Of a stretch of 64,000 nt of DNA, positions 50,296-59,924 are shown piece by piece. Within the stretch, counting starts at the first letter, position 1; each line of letters starts with the position of its first letter. This stretch comes from an archaeon (GTDB lineage: Archaea; SpSt-1190; DYHY01): contig JBBIPP010000005.1 in the NCBI GenBank assembly GCA_037442745.1, positions 14,976-78,975 of the forward strand. The letters run 5' to 3'. Position numbers and translations under genes: made by a program. The notes under the pieces are model-generated. The model was not told the DNA's origin. It was given only the letters and a program-made list of their open reading frames with translations, and searched no databases.

Positions 50296-50451
50296 ATGCG
50301 AAAGATAGAGCTGAAGAAAAGCAATATTTTTCTCTAAGACGACATTGAAGAGATTTTTGAGGAAGTTGTCAAACCGATAGGAAGCTGGGCAATGATACTG
50401 GCAATGAAGAAATTCATTGGAAAAAATGTCTATATTTTTGTAAGAAAATAA
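50296..50451 (+). pseudogene. DUF2080-like (transposon-associated) small protein remnant
   Basis: MRKIELKKSNIFL*DDIEEIFEEVVKPIGSWAMI.AMKKFIGKNVYIFVRK; one in-frame TAA. Confidence 0.6.
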
Positions 50452-50518
50452 TAAGATTTACGAAGCCCTAACAGGCTTGGCTAGTCCAGTTGGCTAATTA
50501 TGCGACACAGCTCTGAAC

Positions 50519-51082
50519 TCACTCCTTTCTCTTTTCAACCTCTTCTTTCTCCTTTAGGACTTTATCGGAGAGAGTCTTTATGCTCTGTGCCAGATAAGCT
50601 GGCTTTTCAGGAAAATACAGAGGTTCAGAGAGTGTGTCAATACCTTCTCCGTCAAGATAGCGAAGAGTTGCGAATTCCCCAAAGAAGGGGATTTTGGTAA
50701 TCTTCACTTCCTTGAACTTTTCTAATGGAACATACTTCACCTTCTTATCCTGAAGGGCGTGCTGTACTATTATGTTTTTTTCAGTCAGAAAGACTTTTTC
50801 CTTTTGGAAGCGCTCTCCCGCGTTCTTGACTAGCTTCCAATAGAGGAGGACTATGGAAGTCGAGGAAGCAAGGAAAATGAGGATTGGGAATGTTGAAAAA
50901 ATGTTTCTTCCAAAGGAAATTATTCCGGCAATTGAGAAAATCATGGCAAAGGAAAAAACCGCCTTTTCAATGTTTTGCTTTTTTCCGCTGTCAATTAGAA
51001 GGTAATAGCTTATTGCTCGCTCTGACTGGAGAAATTCTCCCCTGATTTTTTCCGCGCCTTCGAGGGAGAGTATCCCGGGCAT
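50519..51082 (-). CDS. Membrane protein with 2 TM and bacterial PH-like domain
   Basis: Two TM helices then FLTEKNIIV...YVPLEKFKEVKI..FGEF. Confidence 0.65.
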   Translation of the reverse strand: MPGILSLEGAEKIRGEFLQSERAISYYLLIDSGKKQNIEKAVFSFAMIFSIAGIISFGRNIFSTFPILIFLASSTSIVLLYWKLVKNAGERFQKEKVFLTEKNIIVQHALQDKKVKYVPLEKFKEVKITKIPFFGEFATLRYLDGEGIDTLSEPLYFPEKPAYLAQSIKTLSDKVLKEKEEVEKRKE

Positions 51083-51089
51083 CTTTTCC

Positions 51090-51305
51090 CTATTCCTTGG
51101 ATTTCTTCGAAATTGTTATTACCGCAACCCCTATCCACAAAAGCCCTCCGAACATTATCAGGAGAAGGGAGAGGACTAGTGCCAGAATTGAGTCAATGTT
51201 TGAGAAAGCGCCGAAACCGCCAGCTGCAATTCCTGAGGAAACAAGAACGCCCCCAAGAATGCAAAAAGAACCGAGAATCCAGTAGAATACGTTTCGAAAG
51301 TTCAT
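51090..51305 (-). CDS. Small 2-TM membrane protein
   Basis: 71-aa hydrophobic hairpin ORF, co-oriented with next gene. Confidence 0.65.
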   Translation of the reverse strand: MNFRNVFYWILGSFCILGGVLVSSGIAAGGFGAFSNIDSILALVLSLLLIMFGGLLWIGVAVITISKKSKE

Positions 51306-51473
51306 ATCAGATTAATTGACACAAGGACTATATTTTAACTCTTTTGAAGGAACCAAAAATGGGCCATAATAGGAAACTGGAATTATTGAAAAAATAAAAA
51401 TTGGCCGGGACTCCCGAGAAAGATTTGTCCCGAGCCGGTTTATTGACTATTTTGCTCCCTGTTTTTCAGGAAC

Positions 51474-51644
51474 TTAGAGGTCCTGAGGCATTACTGTTTT
51501 TCTGCCGTTCGCGTCAGCCCTTTTGAGAGCTCCTGCGACCAATTCCTCTATTTTCTTGTCAATTGCGTCATAGGTGTCAGCAGACATTCTCATGTCCTTC
51601 TTCCTAACTACTTCCGCAACAGCCGATTTTACTACCATTGCCAT
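51474..51644 (-). CDS. Second, short histone-fold protein (56 aa, truncated alpha3 type); absent from ORF track
   Basis: MAMVVKSAVAEVVRKKDMRMSADTYDAIDKKIEELVAGALKRADANGRKTVMPQDL; AGGTG RBS-like site and TATATA box upstream. Confidence 0.9.
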   Translation of the reverse strand: MAMVVKSAVAEVVRKKDMRMSADTYDAIDKKIEELVAGALKRADANGRKTVMPQDL

Positions 51645-51749
51645 TGGCTTTTTTTCACCTGTTTCACCGGCTCTAGTGCCGGTATATAAGTATTTGGTTT
51701 TCCGGCTATTTAGGGCTTCTCGTGGGTTTTTAACGGATGATTGTGTTAC

Positions 51750-52835
51750 TTAGTAGAGTTCCTTTCGGATTTTTTTGGACAAGTTCTCGTTTCCTTTCGC
51801 CTTCACAAGAATGTCGTCCTCAAGCCTTACCCCGAACTTTCCCTTGAAATAGAGTCCCGGTTCAACTGTCACAATCTGGTTTTCCAGAAGCCTTCGTTTT
51901 TCCCTTGAATAGAGGCCGGGCCCAACCTCGTGGACAAGGAATCCGAGGGAATGCCCGAGGGAATGGAGAATTGCCCTCTCCGGAAAATTCTTTTTCAGAA
52001 GTTCGACAGAACAGTTGTTTATTTCCGAGCCATTTCTCCCTGCTGAGACTTTTTTAATTGACTCTTCCTGGGCGAAATTGACTGCGGAATGTACTGCAAC
52101 GAAGCTCTTCGAGGGATTTTTGCCAACCCATATTGTCCGGGTGATGTCGGCACAGGATTGGTTAATTTTCGCCCCGAAATCAACAAGGAAAGGCTCCTCT
52201 TTCTTCACAATCCTCCCAGTCGGGACATGGTGCGGGTTCGCCGAGTTCGGGCCGGAGGCAACTATTGTCTCAAACGCTTCCTCCCCCCCAAATTCAAGAA
52301 ATTTTTTCCTGATGGTAAGTGCGATTTCCCGTTCAGAGAGCCCCGCGAATTTCCCGTCGAAGGATTCTAGCGCGTGTCCGGTTATTGCTATTGCCTTCCG
52401 GTGGTCCTTCAGTTCCTTTTTCGACCGGACCGCCCGGAGTTCCTGCAGGCTTTCAGAGGAAACAAATTTCCTTTTAGGAAGGGATTTCCTCAAGAAATCG
52501 AACTGGGATTTGGAAAGGTAATCGCATGAAGAATTGTCAGAAAAATTGAGAGCAACTGTCGAGCCTTCGGGAATCCTTCCTGCCAAGAGTTCTCCGCAAG
52601 CTTCCGTTACTGGAGGAAGGGGAATTTTCTCGAAATGGCCCGGCACCTGGGCAGCCTCCATCCCCCCGATAATGAAGAACGGCCGGCTTTTCCTCGAAAA
52701 CCCGATTATGTGGAATCCAGATATTTTCTTTCCGGCGAAAGCCTCCGAGTTAGGGTCCTTTCCTTCGGACGAGACTGTGAGCCAATAGTCAACTTTGAGT
52801 TCGGAGAGCCGTCTTTTCACGAGCGAAGAATCCAT
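51750..52835 (-). CDS. Xaa-Pro aminopeptidase (M24)
   Basis: FETIVASG.N.A.PH, DFGA....ADITRT, HSLGHSLG..VHE, TVEPG.Y, GVRLED; start ATG 52835. Confidence 0.93.
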   Translation of the reverse strand: MDSSLVKRRLSELKVDYWLTVSSEGKDPNSEAFAGKKISGFHIIGFSRKSRPFFIIGGMEAAQVPGHFEKIPLPPVTEACGELLAGRIPEGSTVALNFSDNSSCDYLSKSQFDFLRKSLPKRKFVSSESLQELRAVRSKKELKDHRKAIAITGHALESFDGKFAGLSEREIALTIRKKFLEFGGEEAFETIVASGPNSANPHHVPTGRIVKKEEPFLVDFGAKINQSCADITRTIWVGKNPSKSFVAVHSAVNFAQEESIKKVSAGRNGSEINNCSVELLKKNFPERAILHSLGHSLGFLVHEVGPGLYSREKRRLLENQIVTVEPGLYFKGKFGVRLEDDILVKAKGNENLSKKIRKELY

Positions 52836-52866
52836 TTGGAAAGTTGGTTCTTCTTGTTTTATTAGC

Positions 52867-53844
52867 TTATTGGGGAAAGGCCTTTCTCTTGATAATCCGT
52901 CCGTTCTCAGACAGTCTGTCCTTGGAAAGCAAAACAACCCTTGATTCAGGGAATTCATCAGTAATTAGATAGCCGGAATAGTCCGCGATTTTTCGGGCAA
53001 AATCCCGGATTTCCTCATGAGCCAGCATTTCGTTCTGCGTCAGCCGTCTCCTCGAGTATCCTACATTGACATAGCTTTTGACTTCAACATAGTGGGGCTT
53101 TGCCAACTTTATCAGTGAGGCGTATTTCTCCGGGGAGGAAAAGTTCCTTCCGCGGACAAGGGTGAGGCGAAGCACCTTTCTTGTTCTCAGCTTCGGAAGG
53201 AGCCGGAGAGTTGAGAGCAATTTCTTCCACATACCCCGCTCAATTGGAACGCATGTCTTCTTGTAGCTGGTTTCGTCGGGCGCCGGAAGGGTAACATATA
53301 GCTGGGTTGGCAAGGGCGAGAGTTTCCGGAGAATTTCTGGCAGTGTCCCGTTAGTGACAAGAAAAGTCGTTGCCCCGAATTTTTTGTATCCGGAAATCAG
53401 TTTTCCCAGCTGGGGAAATGCGGTTGGTTCCCCGGAAAGGGAAATTGCCACCTGGTTTGGCCTGATTGCCTCCTCGAACTTTTCCCTGGGAACGTTCGGG
53501 TTCCCCTTGAATCCGACAAGGAGCTTCTTCTGGGCCTCTATTGTCTCCGAAACAAGGACAGGGATGTCTTCAGGCTCCCCTTTCATTGGCTTTCTTCCCA
53601 TAGTTCTCGTGTCCCTCCAGCAGAAAATGCACCTGTGGTTGCAGGAGAAAATGTCTGGCGCCATCTGGAGGCACCGGTGGCTTGCAATTCCGTAGAACCT
53701 CTGCTTGTAGCATCCGCCCTTTCCTAGGAGCGCCTTCTTCGTATATGTGCATACCTTCACTCCAGCCCTCCGGCTTTTTCCGGAAATCCGGTATCCTGCG
53801 TTTTCCAGCCTGTTCTCGGTTTCAAGAGGGAATTCTTCTGCCAT
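52867..53844 (-). CDS. taw1: 4-demethylwyosine synthase Taw1/TYW1
   Basis: CYKQRFYGIASHRCLQM, CNHRCIFCWR, ISLSGEPT, TFLVTNG, EVKSY. Confidence 0.95.
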   Translation of the reverse strand: MAEEFPLETENRLENAGYRISGKSRRAGVKVCTYTKKALLGKGGCYKQRFYGIASHRCLQMAPDIFSCNHRCIFCWRDTRTMGRKPMKGEPEDIPVLVSETIEAQKKLLVGFKGNPNVPREKFEEAIRPNQVAISLSGEPTAFPQLGKLISGYKKFGATTFLVTNGTLPEILRKLSPLPTQLYVTLPAPDETSYKKTCVPIERGMWKKLLSTLRLLPKLRTRKVLRLTLVRGRNFSSPEKYASLIKLAKPHYVEVKSYVNVGYSRRRLTQNEMLAHEEIRDFARKIADYSGYLITDEFPESRVVLLSKDRLSENGRIIKRKAFPQ

Positions 53845-53850
53845 TCCTCC

Positions 53851-54747
53851 TCAAACCTCTATTTTCTCAAGATCCCTTGCAGAAAACGAGTTCGGGAAAA
53901 TTTTCCTTGCGGACGCTTCCTGGAGCGAGACATCAGTCACTCTTCTTGAGAAATGGACGAGAGCGAGTTTTTTCGCCCCGGCTTCCCTTGCGACCCTGGC
54001 AGCGTCAAGTGGGGTTGAGTGGAAATATTCCTCCGCCTTCTCCTGGTTGTCCTCAGGGAACGTCGCCTCGTGAATCAGAAGGTCCGAGTCTTTCGCCAAG
54101 TTGACGAGGTTCTGGCAGTATTTGGTATCCCCTCCATAGGTTATCTTTATTCCCTTCTCTGCAGTGAAATATTCGGGAAAAGGGCCTCCTTTCTTCGGCA
54201 GTGGGATTTTCGAATACTCTTTCGTTTTCCCCCTCAATTTCTCTGGGAGCTTATCTGGAACAAGATGGAGCCGTTCATTTTCAACGAAGGAATAGCCAAC
54301 GGAGGGCGTGTGATGGAAAGTTTTGCAGGAGAAGATTGAGTACTTCTCGCCCTTGAAAATCTCCAGTGGCCCCTTTGAGAGCTTTACCGGTATGAACTTG
54401 GTCGGAAACTTCGGCTTCCTGTCAGAAAGCCGGACAATTCTCTGGAGTTTTTCAGAAGCGGCCTTTGGGGAATAAATCTCAATCCTCGCTTTTCGCCCGT
54501 AGAGCTCGAGGGATGAGAGAAGGCCGGGGAGGCCGAGAAAATGGTCCGGATGGAAGTGTGTTATGAAAATCTGTTCTATTTTCATCGGGTTTATCCCAGC
54601 CTCTTGAATCCTGACCTGCGTCCCTTCCCCGCAGTCGAAGAGGATGTTCTCTCCCTCGAAAGAAACGACAATTGCTGGGTGAGCCCTCTCTTTTGAGGGA
54701 ACTGTTGAGCCGGTTCCAAGAAAAGAGACGGATACCCTTCCTGCCAT
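53851..54747 (-). CDS. rnz: Ribonuclease Z
   Basis: FLGTG..VP..R, DCGEGTQ, THFHPDH.LGLPG, GDT, HEAT, HST, HFS.R. Confidence 0.94.
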   Translation of the reverse strand: MAGRVSVSFLGTGSTVPSKERAHPAIVVSFEGENILFDCGEGTQVRIQEAGINPMKIEQIFITHFHPDHFLGLPGLLSSLELYGRKARIEIYSPKAASEKLQRIVRLSDRKPKFPTKFIPVKLSKGPLEIFKGEKYSIFSCKTFHHTPSVGYSFVENERLHLVPDKLPEKLRGKTKEYSKIPLPKKGGPFPEYFTAEKGIKITYGGDTKYCQNLVNLAKDSDLLIHEATFPEDNQEKAEEYFHSTPLDAARVAREAGAKKLALVHFSRRVTDVSLQEASARKIFPNSFSARDLEKIEV

Positions 54748-54753
54748 TTTCCC

Positions 54754-56049
54754 TTACAGCTCCCAAGACCTTTTCTTTGAAACGAATTGGAAAATGCGAG
54801 CCCGTTCGCATTCGGGCAAATCCGAATAGATTGACTGGAATGCTTTCTGGCTGTCAATTATCTCGAATGTCGGAAGGAACGTCCGCCCCATTGAGATTAC
54901 CGCCTGCCTTGCCTCGAAAATTCTCCTAGTGTCCTTTGCATAGAGCCGGCCATTTTCCTGATAGACCTTTTCAGCCCCGTGTTTTGCAACGAACGCCTCG
55001 ATGTAGTCCCTCCTCACGTTCAGGGGCGGGCCTTCGAACAGTTTGGTTCTAGGGAGAATGGGCTTTTGAAAATCCAGTAGGAGAAGAGTGTCTCCAGTAT
55101 TTGGATTGACTCCAAAAGCACTCCCAGTTATCTGGAACTCCAAGTCTGAGACATCCTTTTCAATCTGGCAGACGCTTTTTCTCGCCTTGGAATAAGTTGC
55201 ATCCTCGTTCGCACTCTTCTCAACATAGGATATTCCTATAATACCCTTCCCAAGTTTCGGAAGGCTGGCTGGAACGCTCTTTGGAAAGAAGAAAGAGTCC
55301 GAAGGTTTCTTCAGGAAGGCTTTTGCCCCTTCCTTCAACAGTTCAATTGCTTCCTTTGAGACTGCGGAGGCAACGTTCCTCTCAGGGTCAATCGGGTCCG
55401 GGAACTCCATTGGGAAGGAGAGGCCCTCTGCCGCCCGGAGTATTCCCTCGAATTTCTCGTGCCGTATTGCCAAAAGCTCGCAGAGATATCCGGAGAAACC
55501 CTGGTTCCTCGAGTCAGCCCCGTAAACCCCAATTCCCCTTGCGAAAGCCTTGAAGAGGCGCGCAGATTCCCTGTTCTTGAGATTTGCATTTACATATTCG
55601 GCGTGGAGGGGTGTCCTGTCAACCGCGCTTCTCAACTCTTCGCCCTGTTTGAAGCAATATGCAGGAACAATGTCAAAATTGAGCCCTTTGAACTCGCATG
55701 TGAAGTATTCGTGGGATGCTAATTTCTTCTCGAATTTTTTCGGGGAGAGGGCCCTTGCGCAGGCTTCTGCGTCAACGAGACCTTCGACTTCCGCGGATTT
55801 TCCGTCTGAGACAATCAAGAACAAATCAACATCTCTTATTCCGGAAAGATAAGTGTCCTTTGCGAAAGAACCGCACACAATAGGTTCGGAATTCTTGCAG
55901 GCTTTGCGGCATATTTTGAGCGCAGCTTCGACAGCAAGCGAGGCTGATTTTCGTTCCTTGTCGGACGGATTTATTCTCAGGGATATTCTCTCAACTGTTT
56001 TTTCAAATGAATTTTTCGGCAATTTTCTTTTTGGGGATTTCTCTGCCAT
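54754..56049 (-). CDS. cca: CCA-adding enzyme, class I
   Basis: GSFAKDTYL..DVDLF, ASHEY, DIVPA, SAVDRTPLH, GFSGYLCEL, DPIDPERNVA.A. Confidence 0.94.
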   Translation of the reverse strand: MAEKSPKRKLPKNSFEKTVERISLRINPSDKERKSASLAVEAALKICRKACKNSEPIVCGSFAKDTYLSGIRDVDLFLIVSDGKSAEVEGLVDAEACARALSPKKFEKKLASHEYFTCEFKGLNFDIVPAYCFKQGEELRSAVDRTPLHAEYVNANLKNRESARLFKAFARGIGVYGADSRNQGFSGYLCELLAIRHEKFEGILRAAEGLSFPMEFPDPIDPERNVASAVSKEAIELLKEGAKAFLKKPSDSFFFPKSVPASLPKLGKGIIGISYVEKSANEDATYSKARKSVCQIEKDVSDLEFQITGSAFGVNPNTGDTLLLLDFQKPILPRTKLFEGPPLNVRRDYIEAFVAKHGAEKVYQENGRLYAKDTRRIFEARQAVISMGRTFLPTFEIIDSQKAFQSIYSDLPECERARIFQFVSKKRSWEL

Positions 56050-56171
56050 TTTAGAGGGCTTTCTGGAGAGAGCCTTTTAATTCTTGGGCAAAATGAGATA
56101 TGGTCTATTTTCAGGCAGTTGCAAAAATAAAGGCTGAAAAAAATACTTTTCTGAGCCATTAAAAAGAAAAT

Positions 56172-56486
56172 CCGGGTAGGTGGCGAGGTCCCTTTTGGGG
56201 AATGTCAGTCGGAATTGCCGACAAATATCACCCGCCGCCCGGGATGAAGTTAGAATATCTACCTTCAATTTGGTTATAAAGCAGGGGAGAGGGCGGTTTT
56301 CCGGTATTCGGCGAGAACGGATATTATTTCGCCAAATATTGAGGTTCTACCGAAATCCGGTTCGTAAGCCGGGCCGATTTCTCCTGCGACAATTAAATTT
56401 CTGTCGCTGGCCCCTCTGAGGAGGGACTTCGTACTCGGAGATTCCGAGCCTCGCTTTTGGCTAATCCTAGCTTGGCCGGTCTTTTT
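56172..56486 (+). ncRNA. Candidate structured non-coding RNA (~310 nt), identity unknown
   Basis: Many nested stems whose G-U pairs favour + strand; 5' and 3' ends complementary; ends in T-tract; no credible ORF. Confidence 0.55.
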
Positions 56487-56514
56487 GCCTGAGGACAGCA
56501 TATTTTCCGGATTG

Positions 56515-56970
56515 CTATTTTTTCTTCCCGACATAAACTCCGGCAGTGCGCTTTTCTCTCTTGATTGCTAGGGAAAGTTCCTTTTTCATGAATTCCGGGA
56601 AGAATTTTATTTTCGGCAAAGCGTTCAAAGAAACACATTCGAGGGAATAGTCCTCGAATTTTTTGCACGGATCGAAATCGTTCGTCAACATTCTTTCCGA
56701 TGTTATTTTCCCTAGAAAAACTGGTTCAATCACGTGCTTCTTTTTCAAGGGAATGAAATCGCGGAGATATAGGAGGTTTCCGACATTTATTTCCTAGTTC
56801 GTTTCCTCAAGAATTTCCCGCTTCAATGCATTTTCAATTGTCTCGCCCAATTCAACCCGTCCTCCCGGAAGGCAGAAGAATTTGTCTTTCCTCCTTTTTA
56901 TTAGGAGAATTTTTCCCCTGTCAATTATTACCGCGCTCACCCTGACATATGGTTCTTTTTGTTTTGGCAT
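56515..56970 (-). pseudogene. NUDIX hydrolase with one in-frame TAG
   Basis: LPGGRVELGETIENALKREILEETN*EINVGNLLY...; TAG 56794-96, frame continues into ORF 56515..56748. Confidence 0.8.
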
Positions 56971-57027
56971 TGCTTTCCCTGCTGGAAAACCGGCACTTAA
57001 ATAGGTTTTTCCGGAAAAATCCGCAAT

Positions 57028-57695
57028 GTGAAAAAGGCGGGTGGCTGCGCTCATGATTGGCGCTGACGGGGTTCTCCTGAAAAAGGGCGCCCTCTTCAGC
57101 GAAGGGCTTTCTGTCCGCCAAAAAATCCCGAAAACGAAAATAAACGCATTCTTCAATGAGTTCAGGGACTTCCTCGTTGGGCGGGCGGATGTTTCGGAAA
57201 AAATCAAGAAATGTCTCAATTACTTGGACTGGAATGGTTCAGTTGAGTGGCTTCTTTCGTTCTGGCACGGGGAAATTGAGCCGGGCGCATCCCTTTTCAA
57301 ATGGGCGCTCTCAGCCGGGAAAAGGAGTGTTTTGGTGTTTCTCGCAAAAAACAACGACAAAAGAAGGGCGGAATCTTTATCGAAAAGTCTGGGGCTTAAA
57401 GAAGTTCGATGGAGTCCTCTCGTCTGCATCTCTTTGGGCAATGAAGCCGGAAAGGGATTTTTGCAGGAAAGCCCTCGGCGTTCTCGGGGAGATTCGCCGG
57501 GGTATTTTGAAGAGCCAAATACTCCTTGTTGACGACGACCTGAAGAATGTCCTTGGCGCAATGGAGGTCGGGTTCTGGGAAATCCGCTACTCGAGCTTTT
57601 CAGACTTCTCAAAAACTCTCAAGAAAAAATCCCGGAACTCGTTACTTGATTTCAATCCCGAGGGGCGTTGCCTCGAACTCTATCCAGTCTGTTAG
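57028..57695 (+). pseudogene. HAD-family phosphatase pseudogene
   Basis: MIGADGVL (first catalytic Asp lost), LAKNN, frameshift ~57400 to SASL..MKP...ILLVDDDLKNV.GA..VG. Confidence 0.7.
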
Positions 57696-58334
57696 GACTT
57701 TTCCCGTTGGTCTCCTCGGCACCCTGAAATAGTCCCGCCCCCCTTCGCTCTTGAACTCAATTGTGGCGTCAGTCAGATGCTCGAGAGTGGTTATTACCCG
57801 CTCGTCATGCATCCCCGCCTCTATTGAGAACAGCGTTGTTGCTCCCAATCCCTTCAGGCGGGCGCCCATTACCTGTATGAACCTGAACACAATGTCTGCG
57901 TTGTTGTAGAGGACAAGGGTTGAGAGGGAATGGAAAGACATTCGGGAGTTCGCCCCCGGTTTTGAAATCTCAGAGAGCGCTCTTGACACTGCAATTGATA
58001 GCTCGTTTAATGAAGAAGGTCCGGGAACTATGATATCTGAATTCCTTCCTTCTGGCATCTTCTGCTGGAGCGCCCAGGAATAGCAGTCAACGAATTTTGC
58101 CCTTGAGAGATCCATTCCGAAGGATAAAGCCCGCTTCTCAAGATCGGCAGGCGAATTGTCAGTCGTAACATATGCGCAAGGTTCGCCAATCTTTGTTCCA
58201 TATGCCAGGAATTGGGAGAGGAACAGGTCTTTTTTCGAGGAAGGGGAGCCTATAACTAGGAAATTGGTTTTCTCGGAAAAGCCCCCATCAAGGAGCTCGT
58301 CAAATTTCCCTATCCCTATTTTCAAAAAGAGCAT
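57642..58334 (-). CDS. KaiC/RAD55-family ATPase-like protein, degenerate Walker A
   Basis: GI..FDELLDGG, GSPSSKKDLF, GEPCAYVT, FVDCYS, HSLSTL, LEHLTD..IEF. Confidence 0.88.
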   Translation of the reverse strand: MLFLKIGIGKFDELLDGGFSEKTNFLVIGSPSSKKDLFLSQFLAYGTKIGEPCAYVTTDNSPADLEKRALSFGMDLSRAKFVDCYSWALQQKMPEGRNSDIIVPGPSSLNELSIAVSRALSEISKPGANSRMSFHSLSTLVLYNNADIVFRFIQVMGARLKGLGATTLFSIEAGMHDERVITTLEHLTDATIEFKSEGGRDYFRVPRRPTGKVLTDWIEFEATPLGIEIK

Positions 58335-58346
58335 TTCTCTGTTAAT

Positions 58347-58721
58347 TCACCCCAATTTCAATGATATTTTCTCGCTCGCCCTGCCCATTTCGAGGAGCAC
58401 TAGGCCAAGATTCCCTGTTGGTCTCACAAGGCAGACTAACAGAGCCTGGTTTCCGGCAGGAATTGCGATTAGTTTCCCCTTTTCTGATTCGACTATTATC
58501 TGCGGGAATTTCCCGAGATTAAGCTCTCCTGCGGAAGTCTCGGCAGTTCCGACAATTGCGGCTGACATTGCTGCAATTGTCCGGGAGTCTATTTTCGTGG
58601 AAAGGGAGGAGGAAATCATTAGCCCGTCCTTTCGGGCAATTGCAGCCCCTTGGATGTCTCCGAATTCCTGGAGGTGCGCAAGTACAGTTTCAAGCTCTTT
58701 CTGTTTCTCTTCCAGTCCCAT
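58347..58721 (-). CDS. Roadblock/LC7 (MglB-like) protein
   Basis: AIARKDGLMISS, IAAMSAAI.G.AE....EL..G, NLGLVLLEM. Confidence 0.93.
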   Translation of the reverse strand: MGLEEKQKELETVLAHLQEFGDIQGAAIARKDGLMISSSLSTKIDSRTIAAMSAAIVGTAETSAGELNLGKFPQIIVESEKGKLIAIPAGNQALLVCLVRPTGNLGLVLLEMGRASEKISLKLG

Positions 58722-58723
58722 TT

Positions 58724-59923
58724 TCAGGCAGTCCCTCCGGGAGCCTTTCCTTCATTCTTAAATCCTATTATCAGGTCAAAAAGGGCGACAAGAGTGTCGA
58801 AAATCCCAGTTCCGTCAAGGGCAATTGTCCGTATTAAGGGAACTCTTGGGGAAATTGAGAGGGCTTTTCTGATTTCTTCCGATTCGATTGCGCCTTCAAG
58901 GTCGCTTTTGTTCGCTGCAACAACGAAAGGAAGCCGCCCTCCGGAAACAAGGTAAATCATTTCCCGCGCCCTTTGGAAAGATTCCCGGTCAGTCGAATCG
59001 ACAACGAGAATTACCCCGAAAGTGTCCCTCGCAAGTATTGGGAGAATGAAGTTGAACGCCTCCTGGCCGGGAGTCCCGAACAAGTCTATTGAAAATCCCT
59101 TGTATTCAACATATCCGTGGTCAAGGGCAACTGTTGTTCCTAGCCTGTCGACTGAGACTGCCTTTGTCGAGATTTTGTGTATGAATGTTGACTTTCCCGA
59201 GTGGTAGGGGCCTGTGACAATCACTTTCGGGACATATAGGGAAATCCCTCCGCCTGTTGACGAAACCTTGAACGGTATGTGGAGGTCCTTTCTTGATGAA
59301 ACAGTATAGAAGCTCCTCTCAATGAAATTCTCCTCAACTGAATCTATTGTTATTGTGCAAGGGAAAAGATTGCATAGGCTTTTTGCGAGCAAATCGTCCT
59401 CTTCGGTAATTCTTGGAAAGAGAAAAATCGGGCACATTCCGCCCTGTGCGGATTTTTCCATTAGCGCAAGTATTTGCTCGGTCAGTTTTTTGTCGCCTTC
59501 GTTGAAGAAGCCGGACGCAAGGGAATCGAAAACAATCAGCTTCGAGCCTGTCTTTTCCGAATATTCTGGGATAATTCCGCTCATTTCCGAGAGGGATTTC
59601 ACTGAAGTGATTCCCTCCTCAGCCCCGCCTGACGGGAAAATCCCCAGGTTCGCGGAATATGCGTCAATGAACTTGAGGTTTGCCGGATTGAATGCAAGCC
59701 TCATTGACAAGAGTCTCTCTCGGACGAATGACGGCATTTTGTCGGAAACGAAATATGTGCAAGGGACGCTCTTCGACGCTTCCGCAACAATCTGCTGGCC
59801 GAATACCTCAACATCCGAGCCCAAGGATCCAGTTATTAGGACTGGGCTTTTCAGGGAGAGCCCTCCGCCCAAAAGCTCGTCCATTTTCGGTATTCCTGTT
59901 CTGATAATTGAGTCAGCCGTCAT
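58724..59923 (-). CDS. Fusion of inactive KaiC/RAD55-like domain and small GTPase (MglA/conservon type)
   Basis: N: TGIPKMDELLGGG, GSLGSDVE, FIDAYS, VFDSL; C: GPYHSGKST, TTVALDHG, FGTPGQ, NKSD; start ATG 59923. Confidence 0.9.
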   Translation of the reverse strand: MTADSIIRTGIPKMDELLGGGLSLKSPVLITGSLGSDVEVFGQQIVAEASKSVPCTYFVSDKMPSFVRERLLSMRLAFNPANLKFIDAYSANLGIFPSGGAEEGITSVKSLSEMSGIIPEYSEKTGSKLIVFDSLASGFFNEGDKKLTEQILALMEKSAQGGMCPIFLFPRITEEDDLLAKSLCNLFPCTITIDSVEENFIERSFYTVSSRKDLHIPFKVSSTGGGISLYVPKVIVTGPYHSGKSTFIHKISTKAVSVDRLGTTVALDHGYVEYKGFSIDLFGTPGQEAFNFILPILARDTFGVILVVDSTDRESFQRAREMIYLVSGGRLPFVVAANKSDLEGAIESEEIRKALSISPRVPLIRTIALDGTGIFDTLVALFDLIIGFKNEGKAPGGTA

Positions 59924-59924
59924 C

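Noticed and set aside
56300-56372. Purine riboswitch resemblance (GGATAT loop, GGTTCTACC, CGTAA)
   Set aside because: Spacing and loop-loop complementarity do not fit, and no downstream gene on that strand
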